Sequence record: NZ_CP083837.1
From: a plasmid
Reading direction: 5' to 3' (one strand)
Length of the DNA: 41,874 nucleotides
Shown: one piece after another, positions 28,767-37,252 of the stretch
How the letters are laid out: every line of letters starts with the position of its first letter
Position numbering within the stretch: the first letter of the stretch is position 1
Notes under the pieces: generated by a model
The model's input: the letters and a program-made list of their open reading frames with translations, nothing else
Databases searched by the model: none
Told to the model about the DNA's origin: nothing
Made by a program: the position numbers and the translations under genes

Positions 28767-29162
28767 TCATCCTTTCTGAAGATAGATATTGATGGATTTA
28801 ACACCAAATTCATCACGCTTATATCGGTACTGGATTAATCCATATGCACCGTTAGACCTAAGCCAGTTTTTTGCAGTAAAGAAGTCTTCACCCCGGCTAC
28901 TTTCAATAATAATTGAGTCTGAATGAGCAACAGCATAGAAAACCGCATCATCGTAAAGACGGTTCTCAGGAGTAAAGTTTTTTATAACCTTTACCCAGGA
29001 TGAATTAACACGGTCAGATTTAATTACCGTAAAAGTAGGTTGCCAGTCCATTAACTGTGAATTCATTGTTTCCGGGTTTTTCTTCCAGTCAACCTGTGGG
29101 GGTTCAGGAGGTGATGAACAGGCAGAAAGAAAGACAAAACCAGCCAGCACTATTCTTTTCAT
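28767..29162 (-). CDS. Lipoprotein, 131 aa (lipobox LSAC), coupled to the taxB end
   Basis: Signal peptide with lipobox. Start overlaps the taxB stop (ATGA). Confidence 0.5.
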   Translation of the reverse strand: MKRIVLAGFVFLSACSSPPEPPQVDWKKNPETMNSQLMDWQPTFTVIKSDRVNSSWVKVIKNFTPENRLYDDAVFYAVAHSDSIIIESSRGEDFFTAKNWLRSNGAYGLIQYRYKRDEFGVKSINIYLQKG

Positions 29163-31000
29163 AATAAAACCTCAGATTCAAGCTCACCTACGGAAAGCAT
29201 TTTTTCTTTTGAAGGGTATTTAAGCCCCTTAACACCAAAGATATTTTTTGTCTTGTTAAGACTGGACGTTAAAGCAGCCAGCTTCGGACTTACCAGCATA
29301 AGCCTGTCCATAAAATACGAATCAAGGTAGTAAAGGGCTTTTTTGGCTTTAACAGGGTTCTCACCCTTCAGGATGATAAACTCCTCTGAAAACTCCAGCG
29401 TTCCCAGCTCCTGTGGAAGTACCAGAGCGCGTTGAGCGTCACTTTCGGAATTGCTTTTTGATGTCGAACGACCGCTCGTTTTACTGGAACCAGTAGACTT
29501 AGCGGTTGTATAACCAAGCTTCTCTGAAATCTTTTTAGCATCATCCTCTTCACTGACAGCATAGATAATCCGGCAAGGGTGCGCACTCATCAGAGTCTTA
29601 GCTCCCTCTATACCGTAGATTTCATTAAGCTGGCTGATATTCTGATAAATCGTCAAAAGCTTGAGTTTAAAGCCTGCAATGTACCCCGAACCTTTTTTAA
29701 TAATCGGCATATAACCAATTGAAGGGAACTCATCTAGAAACATTAAACAGTCATGCTTAAGCGTTGGGTCAAAATCCGGGTTTTCCCTCAATGTGACTTC
29801 AACGACAAAGTTAAAGAACAGGTTCAGGAAGTCATAGGCAAGGGACATATCCTCCGCATTCACGCCAACATAAATAGAGATATCTTCCCGGCGCAGCTGG
29901 CGAAGGTCAAAATCATTACCGTCAGTACATTTTCTGACGGTAGGGAGGTAAAACAGACTCATTTTTTTACGGAATGAACCATCGATACTTGAACGCTGTT
30001 CGTCTTCAGTTTCGTGGTACTCACGGATTTTCGTCAATGCATCCCGTAAGTGAAACAATGCCGTTTCATCTAATCCCGCTATCCCCTCAAAGTCTTCACG
30101 GTTAGCCAGTACGTTTTCCCGATCAATATTGCTGTAAAGGTCAACAACAGAACCGATTGAGAAAATGGGTTTAAGATTGAATTCGTTAAGCCAGTCAGGA
30201 GCGTAATTGATAAAAAAGTGAAGCAGTTTTGCAAGGCCAGTCCAGTATTGCCCGGCAAGGTTGTTAAAGTGGGCTTCGGCTCCCGTCATACCATAAGACG
30301 GGAACAGAATTTCTATCAGCTTCAGTAAGTCTTTAGCGCCACTCTCAGCTTTTAAATCAATATAGAAAAGCGGGTTAAACTTATGCGTTTTACTGTTAAA
30401 GGGGTCTAACAAAAAAACTTTATTCTGGAGAATCACCTCGCGAACTTTACTGGTGATTTTCCACAGTTCCTGTTTTGGGTCTAAAGCAATAAGAGAGTGC
30501 TTTCTTACCAGAAGATTAGGAATTCCTATTGCAGCACCTTTACCCGCGCGTGTACCTGCACCCAGCGAAACAAAATCAGGAGCCGTATACCAGAGATATT
30601 TTCCCTTGTAAGCGCCGACAAGTATATCGTCGTCATTCTCTTTCTCCCATTTTAGCAGCTTTGATTTTTTTAAATCATCATCGCTGGCAAATTTCGCATC
30701 ACCATAGAGAGAAAAATCTTTTTTATTCAATTGCCAGATAATAAAAACGGGAACGATAACTGAGGCAGCTAAACCAGAAAGAAGAGCGGGCATTGCCGTA
30801 ATTCTGATATCTGACCGTATATTACTTTCTGTCATGAGTCGCCAGAGTAACATAGAGTCGAAGTTCTTCCATATGAACAGTGGCGTTTTACCATTAAAAA
30901 AGTAGACAGCAACAGAACCTGCATAATACGTAAAAAGACACATAACAAAACCGATAAAGAGCCACTGCCCTTTATCAGGGAGTTTAAGAGACATGATCAC
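29159..31000 (-). CDS. taxB: Type IV coupling protein (VirD4/TraG family), 613 aa
   Basis: N-terminal TM helices, Walker A GAGTRAGKG, VirD4 size and position after virB11. Confidence 0.85.
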   Translation of the reverse strand: MIMSLKLPDKGQWLFIGFVMCLFTYYAGSVAVYFFNGKTPLFIWKNFDSMLLWRLMTESNIRSDIRITAMPALLSGLAASVIVPVFIIWQLNKKDFSLYGDAKFASDDDLKKSKLLKWEKENDDDILVGAYKGKYLWYTAPDFVSLGAGTRAGKGAAIGIPNLLVRKHSLIALDPKQELWKITSKVREVILQNKVFLLDPFNSKTHKFNPLFYIDLKAESGAKDLLKLIEILFPSYGMTGAEAHFNNLAGQYWTGLAKLLHFFINYAPDWLNEFNLKPIFSIGSVVDLYSNIDRENVLANREDFEGIAGLDETALFHLRDALTKIREYHETEDEQRSSIDGSFRKKMSLFYLPTVRKCTDGNDFDLRQLRREDISIYVGVNAEDMSLAYDFLNLFFNFVVEVTLRENPDFDPTLKHDCLMFLDEFPSIGYMPIIKKGSGYIAGFKLKLLTIYQNISQLNEIYGIEGAKTLMSAHPCRIIYAVSEEDDAKKISEKLGYTTAKSTGSSKTSGRSTSKSNSESDAQRALVLPQELGTLEFSEEFIILKGENPVKAKKALYYLDSYFMDRLMLVSPKLAALTSSLNKTKNIFGVKGLKYPSKEKMLSVGELESEVLL

Positions 31001-32040
31001 TCCTTCAGCTTTTCAAAGTATTCCTGAAAGTGAATATCGCGATAGTAAATACCCGATGCAAAGCGTAGATCTTCGTCATCAATGTACTTAATACTCATGA
31101 TTACATCGACGTTGCTCAAAACCCTTCGCAGTATAATGTTATAGGGCAGATTCTGGCATTCCGGGTTCATATAACACCGCTGAACAAGGCCAAGCACAGC
31201 ATCTTCAGGCGTGCTTTCATGTACCGTGGTTATGTTTCCTGCGTGGCCGGAACTTGAACCTTTAAGAAAATCCCAGGCTTCCGCGCCACGAACTTCTGTC
31301 ATCAGTATCCTGTCTGGATTCATACGAAAACCAGAACGTAGTAGAGAGGCCGAGTTAACAACGATACTTTCACCCTCTGACGGGTAATACAGCTTCACAT
31401 GGTTTTTATGAAAACGGAATTTTGCCTCATCAGTATCTTCTATTGAAACACATCGCAGATGATGAGGGATGTATTGCAGACAGGCATTTGCAAACGTGGT
31501 TTTCCCGGCTCCGGTTCCGGCACAGAACACCATCGTTTTACCTTTAACCAGACATTCAGGAATAAACCGTTCAAAACGATTATCTTTAAACATTAAAGAT
31601 AATTCGTCCTCTTTATTCCTGAAATCAGCGCCCTGATTTAGCTTCGAGTAGAAACCCTGTTTAACGAATGTTTCATGGTCAATAAAAACACTGGACGGCT
31701 TACGAATTGTGATTGATACCGTTTCACGTTCCGTTGCCGGGGGGATGACAATCTGTACGCGCTCCCCAAGGGGGAGCGTGGCAGAGCGCAATGGATATTC
31801 TGGCGTAACAGAACCCCCATCATGATAATCAGAAATTGCCCCAGCAAATGACATACAGTCACCAAAAGTCATATTCGTTTGGTGTTGCTGCCATTTACCC
31901 CTGACTTTAACAAACAGTTCACCGGGACGATTTACGGCAATCTCGGTTAAACCCTCCACACTATTTAGCCACTGATGAAAATAATCATTCACGATATCGT
32001 AAACAATATGGCGATTTTCAGTATTAATATCACCCTGCAT
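30997..32040 (-). CDS. pilX11: VirB11-family T4SS ATPase, 347 aa
   Basis: Walker A CAGTGAGKTT. Hexameric secretion ATPase size. Confidence 0.85.
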   Translation of the reverse strand: MQGDINTENRHIVYDIVNDYFHQWLNSVEGLTEIAVNRPGELFVKVRGKWQQHQTNMTFGDCMSFAGAISDYHDGGSVTPEYPLRSATLPLGERVQIVIPPATERETVSITIRKPSSVFIDHETFVKQGFYSKLNQGADFRNKEDELSLMFKDNRFERFIPECLVKGKTMVFCAGTGAGKTTFANACLQYIPHHLRCVSIEDTDEAKFRFHKNHVKLYYPSEGESIVVNSASLLRSGFRMNPDRILMTEVRGAEAWDFLKGSSSGHAGNITTVHESTPEDAVLGLVQRCYMNPECQNLPYNIILRRVLSNVDVIMSIKYIDDEDLRFASGIYYRDIHFQEYFEKLKE

Positions 32041-32051
32041 TACCTGACCTC

Positions 32052-33263
32052 TTATCGCATTTTCAGTTTATAGATACCTGAGAAATCCAGATCCTGACCG
32101 ACAATCAGAGTAATAATCTCCCCCTGATTTTTATAAAGCGTTGGTGGAATATTCACACTGTTAGAAAAGGCTTCACGGGCGATATCAGCAAAAGCCTGTC
32201 GGCTGTTTGCGGTATAGTCCGTCTGGTTATCCTTATTGTTTTTAGCGGCTCCACTCGCCCACTGAGCCACATCGGGGATCATGCCAACCATCATAGCCCC
32301 GGAAAAACGCTCCCAAAAATGCGTATCAATCCAGCCTGACGCTCCGGCCTCACCTAATGGCCCAGCCGCCTGTGTATCAATCAGCGGAATATCGATAAAC
32401 GGTGCAGTGCGTGTTCTCAGTTTGGTCGCCATAAGGAATACAGCGCCCTGACCGTGCTGAAGGGAACCGGCTTTATAAATCACATGGGCGGCAGTTCCTT
32501 TTTCGATGAGTTTTACATTACCGTTGGCACTGTAAATGTCAGAATTAACCGTGCAGACCAGTTTTCCTGCGAGATCAGAGATAAACTTTCTGTCCAGTGA
32601 ACAGGGTATGCCCGTATTTTCTGGAATAAATAGATTGGGATCATAGGGAACCCTGGTAATTTTCGACAGCGATACGGGCGCTCCGGCATTAACAGGCTCG
32701 ACCTCCTGTGTCGTGCTGGTATTACCTCCACCTTTGGTTTCACTGGCTGTTTGTGTTGAGGCGCTGCCGGAACCTCCCGATGCCGCAGAGCTACTGCCAC
32801 CATAAGACACATCAAGCGCACGGCTGAAGTTATGCTGTACGCTTTCTGGCGCTGCTTCAGCTTTCCCGCTGTTGTTATCCCCTTTTTTCTCTTCCTGCCC
32901 GCCCTGCGTCTTTTGGTCAGAATTAAAAGGGTCAACGTCATCGCTTAACCCGGTCTGACGCTTCACCGACCCCGTAGCCACATCACTACTGGCTGGTTTT
33001 TCGTCATTACTGGACATTGAACGGATGATGGAAGGGACATAATAGACGGATACCCCAGCAGCCAGCAGAACAAAGGCGGCCACAATGATGATTAGCCCCT
33101 TACGTGATTTTTTAAGCTTCTCGATGCCCAGGCTGTTAGCTGGCCGTCCTGAATCCTCCTCTTTATCTGTTTTGTCGGCCTGCTCAAGCTCTTTCTGTCG
33201 CCGTTCGCGCAGTTCCCGCTCAATTTCAACGGCGGTGAGAGTTTTATTTTCCTGTTCGCTCAC
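32052..33263 (-). CDS. pilX10: VirB10-like T4SS protein, 403 aa
   Basis: N-terminal TM helix, Pro/Gly/Ser-rich linker, conserved C-terminal VirB10 barrel region. Confidence 0.8.
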   Translation of the reverse strand: MSEQENKTLTAVEIERELRERRQKELEQADKTDKEEDSGRPANSLGIEKLKKSRKGLIIIVAAFVLLAAGVSVYYVPSIIRSMSSNDEKPASSDVATGSVKRQTGLSDDVDPFNSDQKTQGGQEEKKGDNNSGKAEAAPESVQHNFSRALDVSYGGSSSAASGGSGSASTQTASETKGGGNTSTTQEVEPVNAGAPVSLSKITRVPYDPNLFIPENTGIPCSLDRKFISDLAGKLVCTVNSDIYSANGNVKLIEKGTAAHVIYKAGSLQHGQGAVFLMATKLRTRTAPFIDIPLIDTQAAGPLGEAGASGWIDTHFWERFSGAMMVGMIPDVAQWASGAAKNNKDNQTDYTANSRQAFADIAREAFSNSVNIPPTLYKNQGEIITLIVGQDLDFSGIYKLKMR

Positions 33264-34189
33264 TGGATCACCTCTTTTTCAACTTTCGGAGATACGGTGT
33301 CTCCTGCCGGAAGCCGGACTTTGCCAAAGCCCCGATTTTCAACCCCGACAACCTGATTTCCGATACGCAACACAAAACGCTGGTCTACAGGCACACCCAC
33401 AACGGTAAAACTGCTGCTTTTCTTCACTACCGGATTAGTCAGGGTTTCCTGATCGCCGCTCATGACAAAAATACTCGGGATTTTCTTCAGTGGGCTGAAT
33501 CCAAACCAGGTATAACGGCCATCGTCATATGCATAATCCGGGCTGATATCCTGGCTACCTTCAGCAACTCGCTTCCAGTACTGCCAGTTGCGCGGAGATT
33601 TGGCATTTTCAAGCGCGTTGTTGATGGTTTTTTCTTCCTGTCGCTTGTTGTAAGCCTCAATCCTTTTTTTCTCGATCTCGGCCTGCTCTTTACGCCTTTC
33701 CTGCGGGTACTGGTAATTCACAACAAAAGCAATTTTATCCGGCTGGCGAAACGTCCGGGCGTTCAGCTCCATGCTGTAATTGCGTTTTGTGGTACGGACA
33801 AACAGGTTTGTTCGCCAGCGTTCCAGATCGGTTTCAGGGTCAAGAGCCACGTTAACGACTTCAGATGACTGCTTTCCGTTCTCGTCCGTGTTGTTGTTCT
33901 GCACCGTCTGTTTAACTGGCTTCACTTCGACATAAACAAGATTATCTTCTTTATTCACCGACCATCCCTGGGGGAAGCCTGTTCTGGCACTGATAACAGT
34001 TTCGTCGTCATCAAATACCAGTGTGGTTGTATAGCCGACTGCACTGTTAATAACAGTCGTATTTTGAGGGTTATAACTGACAATCTGGTTTCGTGGATCG
34101 AAGCGGCTTCCCGATGGCTGTACTGCCGCATTACAAATGTGCGCAGCCATCAGAAGCGCAATTACTAACGCTCCTTTTCTTATTTTCAT
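33260..34189 (-). CDS. pilX9: VirB9-like T4SS outer-membrane core protein, 309 aa
   Basis: Signal peptide. Position between virB8 and virB10. Confidence 0.8.
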   Translation of the reverse strand: MKIRKGALVIALLMAAHICNAAVQPSGSRFDPRNQIVSYNPQNTTVINSAVGYTTTLVFDDDETVISARTGFPQGWSVNKEDNLVYVEVKPVKQTVQNNNTDENGKQSSEVVNVALDPETDLERWRTNLFVRTTKRNYSMELNARTFRQPDKIAFVVNYQYPQERRKEQAEIEKKRIEAYNKRQEEKTINNALENAKSPRNWQYWKRVAEGSQDISPDYAYDDGRYTWFGFSPLKKIPSIFVMSGDQETLTNPVVKKSSSFTVVGVPVDQRFVLRIGNQVVGVENRGFGKVRLPAGDTVSPKVEKEVIQ

Positions 34190-34193
34190 ATTT

Positions 34194-34922
34194 TCACCCT
34201 TTAACTTCTTTATCGCGAACGTAGCTGGTTACAACGAATTTGAGCGGATTATTATTACGTTCACCCGATGCCATTTCGACCTGTGGCTCAATCCGGTAAG
34301 TTAGCCGGATATTCCAGTATTCATCATTATTTTGGCCTGTCGCCACATCCCTGACGGTTAGTTTAAAGCGAACATATGCCCCCATATCCTTATCATCAGG
34401 ACGGGATGACGGGCTGATAATGACAGACGGCTTATCTTGCACGGTAGCCGTTCTTTCAGCTTTTCTGTAAATGACTTTAGGTGAATTACTGCTATTGATT
34501 AGAGCATTATATTCAGTTGCCACATTTTCAGCGCTATAGAGCAATACATAATCATAGTCATGCTGAAGACTAAAATAGTTATAACCTTCGCGACGTTTAA
34601 CGTACTGAGTGATAAAGTATTTTGCCAGCGCTTCATTTTCAGAGAGATTTTCTTTTTTAACAGAAGTCAGTCTTTCAGCAACGCCAGTGACACCATTAAT
34701 AAGATAAGCCTCGACAACCGTACTCTTTAACGGAAGCGCACCATTCAGGGCAAGCAGCGACAACACACCAACGGCCATCCCAGCAATACCACCAAATTTA
34801 TATATGCGGTTCATTTTCTCCTGTAACACTACATTTTTCTCTTCAAATGTGGTTGAAGAGTCCGTTACTTCTTTTTTCTTATTAAAACCGGGCAGTTTTA
34901 ATTGTGGAATTTTAAACCCCAT
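34194..34922 (-). CDS. pilX8: VirB8-like T4SS protein, 242 aa
   Basis: Bitopic topology (one TM after ~40 aa). Position in the operon. Confidence 0.75.
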   Translation of the reverse strand: MGFKIPQLKLPGFNKKKEVTDSSTTFEEKNVVLQEKMNRIYKFGGIAGMAVGVLSLLALNGALPLKSTVVEAYLINGVTGVAERLTSVKKENLSENEALAKYFITQYVKRREGYNYFSLQHDYDYVLLYSAENVATEYNALINSSNSPKVIYRKAERTATVQDKPSVIISPSSRPDDKDMGAYVRFKLTVRDVATGQNNDEYWNIRLTYRIEPQVEMASGERNNNPLKFVVTSYVRDKEVKG

Positions 34923-35040
34923 TGCGCATTACCTCTGCTGAATTAACAGGTTCGCTTTTCCCGGAAACCGGAGGTTGTTTATGTGACGCCTGACAACCAA
35001 ACAGACAAAGTGTCACGAAAAACGTGATAATTAGTTTCAT
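34912..35040 (-). CDS. pilX7: VirB7-like lipoprotein, 42 aa (MKLIITFFVTLCLFGCQASHKQPPVSGKSEPVNSAEVMRNGV). Not in the ORF track.
   Basis: Hand-translated. Lipobox LFGC. Overlaps the virB8 start. Expected position between virB6 and virB8. Confidence 0.6.
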   Translation of the reverse strand: MKLIITFFVTLCLFGCQASHKQPPVSGKSEPVNSAEVMRNGV

Positions 35041-35161
35041 AGTAAAACCTGAGATTAAAGATGAGTGAGAAAGTAGAGTGGGATTAACTGGTAAAAAAAG
35101 ACATTATCAAACAGGCAGTAATAAAAAAGATGAAAATAACCATATATAATAAATTATTCAC

Positions 35162-36217
35162 CTACCCTCCATATTTCTTCTTAGCCATTTCGATTGCGGC
35201 ACTACGCAGTTTTTTTGCACCAATATTTAACCCCTGCCCGGTCAGATTACCCAGCTTACCGGACATTCCCGGAGACTGACCAAGCCCCCCTTTCTGACGA
35301 CTAATGCCCTTCCATGCGCCAATACCTGCGTTTCTCCCCATGCCAAGAGCACCACGCGCCATGCGGGAAGCACCAAATACGCCAGCACCTATCCCCATAG
35401 CAGCAGCCCCCTGCAATGCCCCCTCAACGCCAACACCTGCGAGCTGTGAAGCATAGGTTTTGGCCTGCCAGATAATCCAGGCCATGAATGCACCCGCAAC
35501 CCCGGCTTGAGCACCGGTCGAGATGAGATTTAGTTCGTCTGCATTTGCTATAGATATGGTCAAGATGCCATTAAGGAAAGTCATTCCCGCTTTAATAGCC
35601 AAACCGCAAAACAGAAATATAAAACATGAGCTAAATATTAACTGTAGCCAGCTATTAAACATTTGCCTTAAAAAACCAAAAGAAAGGCAAACAATAAACA
35701 ATGGCGCAGTAATAGTTAGCATTTTAAGTGTAACTTCAGCAGCAAGATAAACTATAGATGTTAATAGCAGCGCTAATATACCGCCAGCATATGTTAATAT
35801 CGCCGCAATAGCGCCGTCTGTTTTAACATACGTGGAAGTATCTTTTGACATAAGATATGCTGCAACTTGCTGAACTTTTTCCCAAAGTTCATCAACCCAT
35901 TTCCAAGGGTCACCTCCTGCAAATGTTTCCTTTAGTCCATCTATAGCCTGATTAGCGCTATCTAGCCAACCGCCCATATTCCTGACAAAAACAAGGATCA
36001 GCCAAAAACGAAATAAATTCCAGATAAAATCCTGAACATGAGATTTCTGTTTCCCTACAATTACTGTATAGGCATACCACAATATATAAATAGAAATACC
36101 ATACTTACCCAATTGATACGCTATTGAAGAAAAGTTATCTAACTGACCAGTCAAAGACTGGTCGAGAACTTTAACAATAACGTCATGGGCGGCTTGGAAA
36201 AACCTAGAAGTTGCCAT
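35162..36217 (-). CDS. pilX6: VirB6-like polytopic inner-membrane T4SS protein, 351 aa
   Basis: Multiple TM helices. Position in the operon. Confidence 0.8.
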   Translation of the reverse strand: MATSRFFQAAHDVIVKVLDQSLTGQLDNFSSIAYQLGKYGISIYILWYAYTVIVGKQKSHVQDFIWNLFRFWLILVFVRNMGGWLDSANQAIDGLKETFAGGDPWKWVDELWEKVQQVAAYLMSKDTSTYVKTDGAIAAILTYAGGILALLLTSIVYLAAEVTLKMLTITAPLFIVCLSFGFLRQMFNSWLQLIFSSCFIFLFCGLAIKAGMTFLNGILTISIANADELNLISTGAQAGVAGAFMAWIIWQAKTYASQLAGVGVEGALQGAAAMGIGAGVFGASRMARGALGMGRNAGIGAWKGISRQKGGLGQSPGMSGKLGNLTGQGLNIGAKKLRSAAIEMAKKKYGG

Positions 36218-36228
36218 AATGGCTCCTT

Positions 36229-36486
36229 TTAACTTCCCTCTTTACCCAAAACATCTTTGAATGCGTCTTTAATATCAATGTGCTTAGGATGCAATTGCTT
36301 ATATCTAAACAAACCTTCTTTAGCATTTTTACAATTGTCACTATCACTACCAGACTTTTTGCATTCAGCTACTTTTTTAGTTGCTTCGTCTACGTGAGAC
36401 TGCCACCAGTCTACAGACTTTACCTCTTCACACCCGGCAAGAAAGAATGTAAGCCCTAACGCTGCAACTACTCCATATTTTTTCAA
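36229..36486 (-). CDS. eex: Entry-exclusion lipoprotein (Eex-like), 85 aa, lipobox LAGC
   Basis: Small lipoprotein between the virB5 and virB6 homologues, as in pKM101/IncX T4SS loci. Confidence 0.6.
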   Translation of the reverse strand: MKKYGVVAALGLTFFLAGCEEVKSVDWWQSHVDEATKKVAECKKSGSDSDNCKNAKEGLFRYKQLHPKHIDIKDAFKDVLGKEGS

Positions 36487-36495
36487 AGTTCCTCC

Positions 36496-37245
36496 TCAGT
36501 TCATTTCATAGCTCTGCTGATCAAACGCTGACTTATAATCAACAATTGGTGTATCCGCATTGACTGCATCCAACTGTTTCTTTTGGAATGCAGCCTCCGA
36601 CATCTTCATCTTGTATTCTGCAAGATCGCGCTGCTTATCGCGATACATTTCATACTGAAATTTGAGCTTCTCGAACTTCAGGTTCTCCAGAGAGACAGCA
36701 TTAGTCGCGTCCTGTGTAGCTTTAGTGTCCTTCGCGTTTTTAACCTGATCGATAAGGTCTTTCATCGACTGGTTGTCGCTACGCAGCTTTTCTTCAAGCT
36801 GATTACCGTACTCAACCCCTGCCAACTGGGACAGGAATGTCGCCTCACATCCCCGAACCTGGTTACCTGTGTACCCCAGCCCTTTACAGGTATCCGTTAC
36901 CTTGTAGTCGGAAAGCAGCGATTTAGCCTGCGCAGAGAGCACAGCATCAGGGTTTTTAATGTAGTCATCGATAAATGCATTACCCTGGTCGTAAATCTGT
37001 GTTAGTTCCTTACTGACAGACTGTGCGTCCTGAACCAGCCCCTGAACGTCACGGATACCTGTTTTCGTTAACAGCTCGTCCTTATAGGCCGTAAGCTCGT
37101 TCTCCCACTGTTTGGCCTCTTTTACCCACTGCGCCGCCGTATCTAACGCTGACTTTGCATCATGCACAATCACCCCGCTACCTATAGCAAAGGCGCTTGC
37201 CGAGCAACAGATGAGCGTTGCGGCCAGAAATTGTTTTTTCATCAT
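36496..37245 (-). CDS. pilX5: VirB5-like minor pilus protein, ~250 aa (start MMKKQFLAATLICCSASAFA)
   Basis: Signal peptide, coiled-coil rich, position after virB4. Confidence 0.7.
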   Translation of the reverse strand: MMKKQFLAATLICCSASAFAIGSGVIVHDAKSALDTAAQWVKEAKQWENELTAYKDELLTKTGIRDVQGLVQDAQSVSKELTQIYDQGNAFIDDYIKNPDAVLSAQAKSLLSDYKVTDTCKGLGYTGNQVRGCEATFLSQLAGVEYGNQLEEKLRSDNQSMKDLIDQVKNAKDTKATQDATNAVSLENLKFEKLKFQYEMYRDKQRDLAEYKMKMSEAAFQKKQLDAVNADTPIVDYKSAFDQQSYEMN

Positions 37246-37252
37246 ATTCACC

